Under the pieces are notes generated by a model. That model was not told the origin of the DNA, searched no databases, and saw only the letters and a list, made by a program, of their open reading frames with translations. A DNA stretch of 64,000 nucleotides, from positions 1 to 64,000 of the IMG/VR virus record IMGVR_UViG_3300028783_000001; one strand, 5' to 3'. The translations under genes and the position numbers were made by a program. Positions 48,408 through 57,908 of this stretch are shown here, in pieces; the stretch's first letter is position 1, and every line of letters begins with the position of its first letter. This stretch comes from a virus.

Positions 48408-48940
48408 TACCTGAAATGGATAGACGTAGCCTACTGAAGCTATTCGCGATAACACCGGTAGTTGGAATCGTTCCGCTGCCTGCAGCGGTCGTGCAAGTTG
48501 CGCCTGAGACCTGCCAGGTGATGACAGGAAGCCGTAGTTTAGTTACAATCCTAACGAACAAGGGGTTCCAAGCGATGCTCAATGCGATAGGAGGTGGGCC
48601 GTCTATAGCCATTGACAGGGTTGCTTACGGAACCGAGGGTGGCTACCACCCTCGCGTAACAGACATCGACGTCGATGGTCGTATCCACTCAATAACGTCG
48701 GGCAACGTTGCCTACTCGATCATCGATGAGAACACGTTGGGTTTTCGCTGCATTCTCGATGAGACGGAAGGCGACTTCATGGTGGGCAACGTTGGCCTAT
48801 TCTCTGGAGACGCTCTACTGATCAAGTCGGTTCTACCAAAGGCGCGGTGGAAGCACGCAGCCAATCCTCCTGGCATCGTGGGAAACCGTCGCGAGTTTAA
48901 TGTGATTCTCAGTATCCCAGTCATGGGGCCAATAACATGA
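48404..48940 (+). CDS. tail-fibre N-terminal (tail-collar)-like domain preceded by a twin-arginine-like leader
   Basis: DRRSLLK leader; ILTNKG...IDRVAYG...CILDETEGDFMVGNVGLF. Confidence 0.5.
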   Translation: MIPEMDRRSLLKLFAITPVVGIVPLPAAVVQVAPETCQVMTGSRSLVTILTNKGFQAMLNAIGGGPSIAIDRVAYGTEGGYHPRVTDIDVDGRIHSITSGNVAYSIIDENTLGFRCILDETEGDFMVGNVGLFSGDALLIKSVLPKARWKHAANPPGIVGNRREFNVILSIPVMGPIT

Positions 48941-49969
48941 GCAAGGAGGCTATACGCGGCCCGCGTTATTACGCAGAAGATGGTGAGTGGTATGATACGT
49001 GGTTAGAGGCTAGGGAGGTCACAAGGCGCGTTCGCGAGAGCAATGCTCTTAGTGCCCAGGCGAGAGCAATCCTCTTTCCTAAAGAGTTTGCAGCTGAGAC
49101 TCGCGTTCGGCGGTTTGAGGAGTTGGACTGCTGCCTCCGGTTGCTGCAGGATTTGCTATTCCTGCATCCACTCGACAATGTAGTGAGTAAAGATGTAGAC
49201 GAGGTGATTGCCTTCGTTGGAGAATTGAGGGAAGCAGAAAATGGCAGCGATTGAGATGATGAACGGCGGCGACGGCATCGACCACGACGCCCAGTACCGA
49301 CTGCGGAGGGAGGGCTTTGCCTACGTTGGGAGGCTTCTGCGTCACCTGCAGCGCAACGTCCCCATGCACGAGGTCGACAAGTGCACGCGTGAGCACGTGC
49401 AAGTTGCTCTAGACTTCCTCAAGCGGGTTGAGACAAACGACTTCCTGTTCGAACGCGATACCAACTATGTTGAAAGCTTCACGGGAGACTACGGCGATGC
49501 CAAAAACTAAAGAGCAGTATGAAGCGTGCCAGGAGGAGATTCGCGCGGTATGCGAACGCCATGGAATTTGGATTGTAGGCACATGTGATAACGAGGGAAT
49601 CTACGGTGAGATTTCAATGTTCGACCCACTAGATTCGGCGGGCCACTATTCTAGTATGAAAGACGAAGCCTTCAACTGGCAGATTGACCATCAGGGAGAA
49701 AGCAGATGAGCCGAGAGCTAAGTCTTAAACTGCCTGAATTTTCATCAGTTGTGGCGATTCGGGAGATCGAGGAGAATGACATAGTAATCCCAATAGGGAC
49801 GCGCGGCTGCATCGTAGACGTTCGCCCCACGCACTACAACGTCGAGTGGATGCATCCGGTTCATTGCGTTACGACTGCATCCGAGGACGACGTGGAACAA
49901 GACGACCCATGTCCACATGAGAAGCGCGGTATTGGTGCCGAAGCTGTGATGGAAGATGAAGATGGCTGA
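48937..49969 (+). other. small hypothetical genes (48937-49254, 49241-49510, 49497-49709, 49706-49969; the last is DUF4926-like)
   Basis: Overlapping starts/stops; last ORF has GTRGCIVDV...YNVEW. Confidence 0.5.
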
Positions 49970-50981
49970 CAATGAGGAGCTGGTTGCGTTGTTGCAAACG
50001 CTCCCAGACGACTTCAGAGTCGACGTTCGTAGTGGCGCAGTTTGGATGCGGTGCCCAAACCCAGACCACATTCAGACTGGCCGCTCGCCACCTTTTAAGG
50101 TCACCACAGAGATTGGCCCCTACGTCGGCACCTCACATTGCTTCGGCTGCTCCGCCGGCGGTGGAATAAAGAAGACGATGGAGATGCTAGGACTATCCAT
50201 CGCAAATGGCATGCGTCCAAATGCTCCTTATGACGTCTTCAACGATGGTGATATTGCCCAGCTCTCCGGGCGGGTAGCGCAGCAGATGCCGCTTACCGAG
50301 GAATGGCCGACGGACGCAGACTGGCGGGGAGTCCGTGCGCAGTTGGTGCACGACGTTGGTGGTAGGATGCTTATAGCTGGAGACGGCTATGAGCCGCTGC
50401 TCATCCTCCCAGTCGTCATGCGAGGGAGGCAGCTAGGTTATGTGAAGTGTAAGGTGCGTAAGGATAAAGACTTCAACTACGTCAATGCCGGTTCCAAGTG
50501 GGCCGGCGATGCGCTCTATCCATACGACTATGTTCGTAAGATGCTAGACGACGCAGGCGGTCCTCGCGTTGCGGCAGTTGTCGAGGGCTGCCGTGATGCC
50601 CTGGTAACCATCCAAAACGGTCTACCGGCACTCGCAACGCTAGGCGCGACGAACTGGACTCCAAAGTGTGTAAGTGCAATCAAGGCGCTGGGACTAGATA
50701 CGCTCATCTGCCTTGCAGACCCAGACGACGCAGGTGACATCCTCGCAGGAAACGTCTACAACGATTTGAAGAACCACACAACGGTCAAGGTCGTGAAGCT
50801 ACCGTCTAAGATTATTGAGACAGAGAATGGGCCGAAGCGCGTCAAGGTGCTCGATGCCGCCGACCTAAACTCGCGGCAGCTACAGAAGGTACTTAGTAAA
50901 CTGGGGATAGAGATGAGGTGTTATCATGAGGGTCGTGATTCCAGAGTCGATAACCGACGACGAGCTAATCGGTTGGATTAA
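49956..50981 (+). CDS. DNA primase (Zn-binding + TOPRIM)
   Basis: CPNPDH...HCFGC; VVEGCRDAL; DPDDAG. Confidence 0.85.
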   Translation: MKMADNEELVALLQTLPDDFRVDVRSGAVWMRCPNPDHIQTGRSPPFKVTTEIGPYVGTSHCFGCSAGGGIKKTMEMLGLSIANGMRPNAPYDVFNDGDIAQLSGRVAQQMPLTEEWPTDADWRGVRAQLVHDVGGRMLIAGDGYEPLLILPVVMRGRQLGYVKCKVRKDKDFNYVNAGSKWAGDALYPYDYVRKMLDDAGGPRVAAVVEGCRDALVTIQNGLPALATLGATNWTPKCVSAIKALGLDTLICLADPDDAGDILAGNVYNDLKNHTTVKVVKLPSKIIETENGPKRVKVLDAADLNSRQLQKVLSKLGIEMRCYHEGRDSRVDNRRRANRLD

Positions 50982-51583
50982 GGGCTACTTCGCACCATCT
51001 GGTGTGCTGGGTGACATTGGTGATCGTCTGGATGTTGGACGCGGCGATCAAAACAACTTCCCCTACTATCACGGTTTTGCCCTAATTGTCCCAGAGGGTG
51101 GAATCTCTCTGGATGAGATTGTGGAATGCACCCGGTCATCATTCCTGCGGCCAAAGGGGAAAACGCTTGTTGAGCGTGGTCGTGAATGGCGGAAGAAGAG
51201 CGACAGTTGGAATGAAGATGAAAACAATTTAATAAACGACCTCGTCGACGAGCTGGAGCGACTGCAGGAGTTTGAGCGTCTGCGGCTAGCTGAAGACCGT
51301 AGCCGAATACTCAGCGACGAATACCGTCGCCCTTTTGGAGGATCTAGGTAACATGACGACGATGGTGTTCAATAGGGCTGGGACTGTACTAGTGGTAGAA
51401 GAAGTTGAAGCTGTTGGTCCGGTAAAGAGCAACGGTAGCTACGGCTACACGTTTGACATCCACATGAAATCGGGTAACACCTTCGTTTCTAGAACGGACC
51501 CTGGAACAGGTTGCGTCGAACGCATCAATACAATGCGCGATACACTAATCAAAATTTTGAATGGAGGGGGAGACCCATCATGA
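50926..51583 (+). other. two hypothetical genes (50926-51351, ~51353-51583)
   Basis: ORFs with RBS. Confidence 0.5.
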
Positions 51584-52023
51584 TAACAACGCGCTTATGG
51601 TTTATAGTGATTGGAGCTGGCCTAACGGTAGGGGTGGTAATTGGCTGGGCAATGGTCGCTGTGATCAACTATCTATTTGGAGGATGAGATGAAAAAGATT
51701 TTAGCCTACTGGTTGCCAATTGGTATCGGGTTGTTCGCCGTGTTAATCGCGTTGGGGATGTTTGCCGACGTGCTTGCTTTTGTCTCAGGGAGGCGGTGAT
51801 GGGGTGGAAGGAAGACTCTCGTCCTTCGCGCGCCTGGAGCCGCAAGGTGGACAGGTATTGCAGCTACTTTGGATTGGCCTTTTTTCTATGGGCGCTGGCG
51901 TCGTGGGGAACATTTATCATCCACACGATTCGGGCTCACGAGTGGTTGTTGCTCATCGCTGGATCTATCGTTGGCCCTGTCGGCATGATCTACGGCACGG
52001 GCCTGTGGTTCAACGCTTGGTAG
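51580..52023 (+). other. three tandem small membrane proteins (51580-51687, 51689-51799, 51796-52023)
   Basis: Each has an RBS or stop/start overlap and hydrophobic segment(s). Confidence 0.5.
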
Positions 52024-52273
52024 GAGACATTTGATGAGCAGGGCCATGGATAAAAAGCGGCGTGTCGCTCGGCGCAAGCGGTGGTTTGCCCGTCACAATG
52101 CCTTCGGCAACAGCGAAGTTGAGCAGGCACCCGACTACACCAACGTCATCAGGATCGACGAACGTAGGAGGCTCACATGCGTGAGAAATACTGGGAGTAT
52201 TGGTGGATGATCGTAGATCGCATTGCGCCCTTGCCGTAGCTCACCTATTGGAACGTAATGTAGGAGTTTTCAA

Positions 52274-52717
52274 ATGAAACGCCACAAGTCAAAGTTGAAC
52301 TGGTCTGCTGTTCACGGTCTTATCGACTCAGACATCTCTCAGAGTATTGAGATTGCGCGTAAGTACTCATTTGTCGACACGCCAGACGTTCGGCTCTGTG
52401 TCAGCGACGGTTCGCTGATCGAGTTTACGGCTACTGATAAGATTCGAATTGTCGAGGAGCCAGACAAGCAGTCAATAGTTTATATAAACCTCCATCCCGG
52501 CAATGTGCGGGACATCCTGATCGGTAAGATTGTCGCGCACTATGAGTCAGAGCTTGCTCAGCTCCGCGCCTTCAACGCCGACCTGCAGGCATCAAGCTCT
52601 GGGTTGAAGTTTCGAAACGACTCACTTTCTCACCTAGTATCTACGCTAGAGGCGCGCCGCAATCACAAACGAAAACCCAAGCAGCTACCACTACCGTTAG
52701 ATACAAACGACGAATAA
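52274..52717 (+). CDS. hypothetical protein
   Basis: AGGAG RBS. Confidence 0.55.
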   Translation: MKRHKSKLNWSAVHGLIDSDISQSIEIARKYSFVDTPDVRLCVSDGSLIEFTATDKIRIVEEPDKQSIVYINLHPGNVRDILIGKIVAHYESELAQLRAFNADLQASSSGLKFRNDSLSHLVSTLEARRNHKRKPKQLPLPLDTNDE

Positions 52718-52729
52718 TGAGGAGCCAAT

Positions 52730-52978
52730 ATGTCAGGCATACCTGGGTTTAACATGGCCGACGTGCCAGATTCATTTCAGGCATTTATCAAGATTGAGAC
52801 TGGTCAACCAGACTTCGTCGGGATGACCGTATGCGGCGCAGGTGGTGCGCCAATCTACTCCTACATCCAGATGCGGGAGGAGGGGATGAGGATAATCAGC
52901 GACCAGATACTAACCTGGCTAGCAGAGTGCGATCGCGCGCGGGAGCTTGCCGCAGCCACGAATGTAATAGAGGTATAG
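52730..52978 (+). CDS. hypothetical protein
   Basis: GAGGAG RBS. Confidence 0.55.
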   Translation: MSGIPGFNMADVPDSFQAFIKIETGQPDFVGMTVCGAGGAPIYSYIQMREEGMRIISDQILTWLAECDRARELAAATNVIEV

Positions 52979-52987
52979 GAGAGTCAC

Positions 52988-53701
52988 ATGGGTGGATTTT
53001 TTGGACCGTTTGGCGACCGTGCTGCAGAGCTTGAAAAGATTAGCGGAACGGTGGATCCTGAGAGCGATGAGGCTCGGATAGCCAGACTCGTTGCTGATGC
53101 TGAGAAGGAGGTGCTAGCCAGCTACGATCTATGGCTCGTGAGGGCTAGGTCGGAGCACAAGCTTCAGTCATATGGCTTTCTGTTTGAATGCACGCGCTGG
53201 GGTAATTTCCTAAACCTTAGAGTGATGCGCGGAGGCAATCCTGATGGAAAGCGTAGGTTTGCTACCACGATCAATATGGGCCTTGTTACCGAGATTCGCC
53301 TCGTCGAGGGACACCCGGCTGACACTGAGGGCAAGGTAGACTACCAGCTAAGGATTGGAGCTACGTGGTATGTTGACTCCCTCGTGAATATTTCCGATGT
53401 TACCGAACGTAGCTTTTTCTACAGCTCGCAGCCGCCAATCCCGATGGGTGGTCAGCATTCCATCAACGGTAGCGGAGGCTACGCCGGTGGTGGTGGGGCG
53501 GCTGGGCACTTCCATGGTTATCCGACGATCACCGTCGGCCCTAGCCCAGCACCTATCGTCCATACCACTACACCGTTTCCAAGGTTTGCTTATGATGACT
53601 ACATCGAGTTTGTCGGCGTTGGGCGGCTCTACACGCCAGCCGGATTAGGAGCGGCGGTGCTTGAACAGATTCACCTGGAGCTAGATAAAAATAGTAGGTG
53701 A
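52988..53701 (+). CDS. hypothetical protein with Gly-rich insert
   Basis: AGGAG RBS. Confidence 0.55.
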   Translation: MGGFFGPFGDRAAELEKISGTVDPESDEARIARLVADAEKEVLASYDLWLVRARSEHKLQSYGFLFECTRWGNFLNLRVMRGGNPDGKRRFATTINMGLVTEIRLVEGHPADTEGKVDYQLRIGATWYVDSLVNISDVTERSFFYSSQPPIPMGGQHSINGSGGYAGGGGAAGHFHGYPTITVGPSPAPIVHTTTPFPRFAYDDYIEFVGVGRLYTPAGLGAAVLEQIHLELDKNSR

Positions 53702-53722
53702 GTAAAATAGGTTTGAAAGACG

Positions 53723-55705
53723 GTGACGTTCATGAAGTTTTTTACACGAGTTGGAGATGAAGACGGTGCCTACCTGCAGCACGATGATCCTGATGGGGAT
53801 TGCGTGCTGCTCGTAGTTACGTCGGGTGATAAGTCGGGTAGTCCGCTGTCAGGCTACGCCGAGGCCCTACTCACAAACGTCTTTGTCAAGACGGTTCCAA
53901 TACTGGGTGCCTGGAAGCGCATCGTTGTCGCAACTGCTGGAACTAGCATCGGTAAGCTAGTCAAGCAGCATGGAGCCGATCACATAATGCTGATGGGAAA
54001 GCAGTTTTCTCAAGTCTTAATCAAGCCGTCTGGTCTGAGACCAGAAACCAACATGCTCGGCATTCTTGTCAACCACCAAAACAGGCGCTGGATCGTCACA
54101 CCGGCGCTGTCGGTCTACGGCATTGGCAAGGAGGCCAAGGGCATCTATGCAGCGATGCTCGGACACTTGTACAGGCACCTTGAGTTGTTGCGTGTTGGTC
54201 TAATCGGTTGGAAGGACCCAGCGGCTCCGTGCGAGTGTCGTATGGTTCGCAACAGTGATGACTGGGACGAGCTTCGTGAGCTGTTGGAGACAAAGCGGCT
54301 GGTCGCGATAGATACCGAGACAAACAACCTAGAGCGCATAAACAACACAGTCTTGATGGTCCAGTTTGGCTTCGACGGTCGCACGGGGTGGGTATTGCCC
54401 GTCGACCACTCTGGATCAACACTCCCACGAGACGTGCTCGACGCCGCACTAGAGTGGCTAACCGACTACTTCGAACGTGGCCGTCCTTCCACGCACGTCT
54501 ACGTAAATGCCAAGTTTGATTTGCACCAGCTCATTTCGCTAATGAAGCTGCGTTGGTATAATCACAACGTGTTCGACGTTCAGGCAGCAGCATTCAATCT
54601 TGATGAGATGCAGCAGGGTAGGTTCCTAATCGGTTACGCCAAGAAGGAAGAGACGTGGGCACTCGGTCGGCTATGCATCGAGGCCGGCATGCCTCACTAC
54701 CAAAATACGGAGATTGGTAAGGGTGATCGTGGTAGGCTAGCAGCACTTGATATTGAACTGGTCGCGAAGTATGGCGCCGTCGACGTTGTGCTCCCGATTC
54801 GCCTCATGCGGATGCAACTGGCTCTTGCCAAGTGGAGGTCGGAGCACTTCCACGGCCACCCCTACACTAAGTTTGCGCAGGCAGTGATCCAGGTCGATGG
54901 CGTTAAGATCATTCAATTCGTGGCAATGGAGCGCAACGGGCTACTGGTCGACCGTAAGTATGTAGTATCACTACAGGGTCCAAACTCTCCAATCTTGAAA
55001 GAAATTCGCGACGCTACTGCGAAGTTTCTCAGCTTCCCAGAGATTTCCACGACAAACGCCAAGCTACTGAGCAGCCGCAACGTGAGATCGCGTTCGCTGT
55101 TTGGGGCGAAGGGCTCGCAGTCGATGGTGTTTGATCCGGGTAAGCCGGCTCATCAGCAGATGCTATTCTTCGACGTCGCGAAGCTGTCTCCGGTCAATGA
55201 GACCAAGACGGGGTTGCCCAGCATAGACGACAAGTTTAAGGCGAAGTATAAGACTACCCCACTCGTCGCAGCGTTTGCAAACCTCGATGAAGCCAAGAAG
55301 ATGCACTCGACGTTTATTGCCGGGTACTATAAGATTCTCATCGGCAATCCAGACAATAAGGATGGCTGCCTACGAACCGAGTTTGGGTACCTAAACGTGA
55401 AGACCGGCCGGTGTTCAGCCTCGTGGACTCCTTGCCTTACTAAGAAAGGTACGGTCCAGATAAAGGATATCATTCCAGGTGATGAAGTATGGACTCATAA
55501 GAATCGTTGGCGCAAGGTAACTCATGTATGGAAGAAGGGAATCCAACCAATGCTTACAATTATGATGGCTGACGGAACTACATTTACAGGAACTCCTAAT
55601 CATCGGGTTTTAGATGCTGATAGTCGATGGGTATCTCTTAAAGATGTGCAGGAAGCGTTGAACGCTGCTAAAACTTCCGAGAATTTTGGTACCCCAGAGA
55701 AGTAA
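53723..55705 (+). CDS. polA: DNA polymerase family A, N-terminal half (3'-5' exonuclease, thumb) + N-intein
   Basis: AIDTET (ExoI), NAKFD (ExoII), YGAVD (ExoIII), MERNG, KTGR followed by intein Cys1 at 55412. Confidence 0.9.
   Translation: MTFMKFFTRVGDEDGAYLQHDDPDGDCVLLVVTSGDKSGSPLSGYAEALLTNVFVKTVPILGAWKRIVVATAGTSIGKLVKQHGADHIMLMGKQFSQVLIKPSGLRPETNMLGILVNHQNRRWIVTPALSVYGIGKEAKGIYAAMLGHLYRHLELLRVGLIGWKDPAAPCECRMVRNSDDWDELRELLETKRLVAIDTETNNLERINNTVLMVQFGFDGRTGWVLPVDHSGSTLPRDVLDAALEWLTDYFERGRPSTHVYVNAKFDLHQLISLMKLRWYNHNVFDVQAAAFNLDEMQQGRFLIGYAKKEETWALGRLCIEAGMPHYQNTEIGKGDRGRLAALDIELVAKYGAVDVVLPIRLMRMQLALAKWRSEHFHGHPYTKFAQAVIQVDGVKIIQFVAMERNGLLVDRKYVVSLQGPNSPILKEIRDATAKFLSFPEISTTNAKLLSSRNVRSRSLFGAKGSQSMVFDPGKPAHQQMLFFDVAKLSPVNETKTGLPSIDDKFKAKYKTTPLVAAFANLDEAKKMHSTFIAGYYKILIGNPDNKDGCLRTEFGYLNVKTGRCSASWTPCLTKKGTVQIKDIIPGDEVWTHKNRWRKVTHVWKKGIQPMLTIMMADGTTFTGTPNHRVLDADSRWVSLKDVQEALNAAKTSENFGTPEK
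55412..55702 (+). mobile_element. split intein, N fragment (97 aa)
   Basis: Starts with Cys; IKDI.PGDEVWT; block B TPNH. Confidence 0.9.
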
Positions 55706-55786
55706 ATTACCTGCTCCCCTCCCTTAGTCGTCGGTAGTAGGGTGATAAATCTTCTACCTGTACCAATGACGTGAACAGGAGGCAAC

Positions 55787-55915
55787 ATGAAGTTAATGAC
55801 ACCCAATGGTCCGATGGAAGTTATCAGTGTGAAGCCGGCAGGTATTCACGAGGTTTTTGACATTACCGTGGACGAGGATGCGAGTTTCCTATCAGCTAAC
55901 GTGTTCTCACACAAC
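55787..55915 (+). mobile_element. split intein, C fragment (43 aa)
   Basis: VFDITV (block F), ends SHN followed by Ser+1. Confidence 0.92.
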
Positions 55916-57145
55916 TCGGGGAGCAGCAATCCAAACCTGCAGAACCAGATCAGCCGCAACAAGGTGCGGGCTAAGATTGTCAAGCGGCAGTTTGTTGCGC
56001 GCAAGGGTCGGCTGATAATCAAAGACGATTACGGGGCTCACGAGGTACGTGGTTGGGGCATCGCCTCAAACGATCCCAAGATTGGTGAGACATTTTGGAA
56101 GGGGATGCAGCTGCGCCTGCGCTACGAGGCGCAGCTAACCATTCCAGCTGTAAAGGTTGAGTGGTGGGCTAAGCAGCTGCAGGCAGCCGACGTTCATTAC
56201 CAAAATTACGGTATCATACACAAGGTCGATCCACTCACGGTAACGAAGCCACAACGAGATAGTATTAAGTCGGTGATCTTTGGTGTTACCTATGGAAAAG
56301 GTATCCCGTCGTTGGCGCGTGATATCGGTGTAGACGAAGCAGAAGCGCAGCGAATCCACAACCTGATATTCAAGAAGACATTTGCCGTTGGCGGTAGGTG
56401 GTTGGAGACGCTGCAGGAGAGCGCCCGCGAACACCTAGTGGCAAAGAACCTTCTCGGTGGAACGCGCCACCTCTGGGGTCATCTACATACCGAACGGCGC
56501 GTCCATGGTAGCGAGGATCGTAGGACGCCAAATAGCGTGATTCAGGGACCGTCATCAAACCTCGGCTTTCGTGGAAGCTACGAGACTCGCAAGTTGGCGT
56601 GGGAGATGTTTGAGAGTCGCGACATCAACCTAGACTACGCCCAGTGCAATGCAGTGCACGACTCAAACGAGAGCGAGGGTAGTATCGTAAACATACCACT
56701 ACTCGTCTACCTACGCTATCACGGTGCTACTACCATGCTGCACCGGTGGGTCCGCGACGTGTTTGATCAGACGGTCATAGTCGGTTACGAGATTGACTGC
56801 GAGATTGGCGGGTCGCTGGCTACTATGATGAAGTCGCCCAGATGGGACTCGCAGGTTGCCGCAATTAGAGCGGGCATCGAGTGGGTAAATAAGGAGCTGG
56901 GGTGGGACTTGGATGTTGAAGCCTACATGAAGATTGTGGAGCACAACGCCAAGATCATCCATGCAATCCGCCGGCGTGAGATTGTTCGACAGCTCAAGGC
57001 TGGTGAGCAGACAAACTTCTATATGGAGATGACCGCCGACAACTGCCTTTCATATGATCTTATATTCACAGCTCCTCCTGAAAAGGTTAAATCCGCAGTG
57101 AGTAAAGAACCTAGCAAGGCGCTCATGCGGGAGTTGGCGCGCTGA
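55787..57145 (+). CDS. polA: C-intein + DNA polymerase family A catalytic half
   Basis: SSNPNLQN, motif A DDYGAHEVR, motif B RDSIKSVIFGVTYG, NSVIQG, motif C VHDS; AGGAGG RBS. Confidence 0.92.
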   Translation: MKLMTPNGPMEVISVKPAGIHEVFDITVDEDASFLSANVFSHNSGSSNPNLQNQISRNKVRAKIVKRQFVARKGRLIIKDDYGAHEVRGWGIASNDPKIGETFWKGMQLRLRYEAQLTIPAVKVEWWAKQLQAADVHYQNYGIIHKVDPLTVTKPQRDSIKSVIFGVTYGKGIPSLARDIGVDEAEAQRIHNLIFKKTFAVGGRWLETLQESAREHLVAKNLLGGTRHLWGHLHTERRVHGSEDRRTPNSVIQGPSSNLGFRGSYETRKLAWEMFESRDINLDYAQCNAVHDSNESEGSIVNIPLLVYLRYHGATTMLHRWVRDVFDQTVIVGYEIDCEIGGSLATMMKSPRWDSQVAAIRAGIEWVNKELGWDLDVEAYMKIVEHNAKIIHAIRRREIVRQLKAGEQTNFYMEMTADNCLSYDLIFTAPPEKVKSAVSKEPSKALMRELAR

Positions 57146-57199
57146 CATGTTCAGTCAGACAACACAAACAGTATGAGCGAAGGAGCTTAGGGAGCCGGC

Positions 57200-57858
57200 A
57201 TGACCTGGAAGATTAGCATAAAGATTGAATCCAGCACCTTTGCTGGTGTGGTAAGGAGTGCTAGAATGGGTCTAGAGCATGTAGTTAGAGCCAAGTCGGT
57301 TAGGGACATTCCTCTAGGCTATGGGTGGTGTGGTGCTGATGAAGGAAGCTTATCAGTATCACTTACTACCCCAACACAGGAACGTATCAAGCTTCTGCGA
57401 TCTGAGGCAGACGCGCTCGAAGCAGGGGAGCAGTCATGACGCGTGAAGAGTGGATCATAGCGAATCCGTGGATCGATCCGACACTGGGTTATCGAAACGA
57501 TACCTTGTTACCAGGTATTACCAAGCGTTATCACCATGTAGCCGTTCACACGGCTGGCTCGCATAAGAGCATGCCCTTTATGGAGGTATGCCATTCTAAT
57601 CACCTCGATCACGTAGATGACCGCGACTGGAAACTGTTTGCGATAAACTACGAGGGTAGCGTCGGCGGTCGCGACTACGTGTGGGGAATGTTTGTCTGCG
57701 GTATTGGTGCATTCAACGTGATGGTTCCGCTAGAGAACGTGCGCGAACTGCTACCACACGAGCGTGAGGCATGGTCCAAGCAAACGCTCGGAATGTATAG
57801 CGGTTTTGGGGGCGATTTGTCCTACACGCTACCGTCTGGCGTCAAGGGAGTCGGTTAA
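57200..57858 (+). other. two hypothetical genes (57200-57439, 57436-57858)
   Basis: RBSs and ATGA overlap. Confidence 0.55.
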
Positions 57859-57908
57859 ATTGCGGTGAGTAAAGGTTGGTCAGATATAGGACAACCGGGG
57901 GATTGTTA

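Noticed and set aside
55706-55786. Group I intron or programmed frameshift joining the polymerase halves
   Set aside because: Only 81 nt; the second ORF has its own SD and ATG; complete IntN and IntC motifs explain the split
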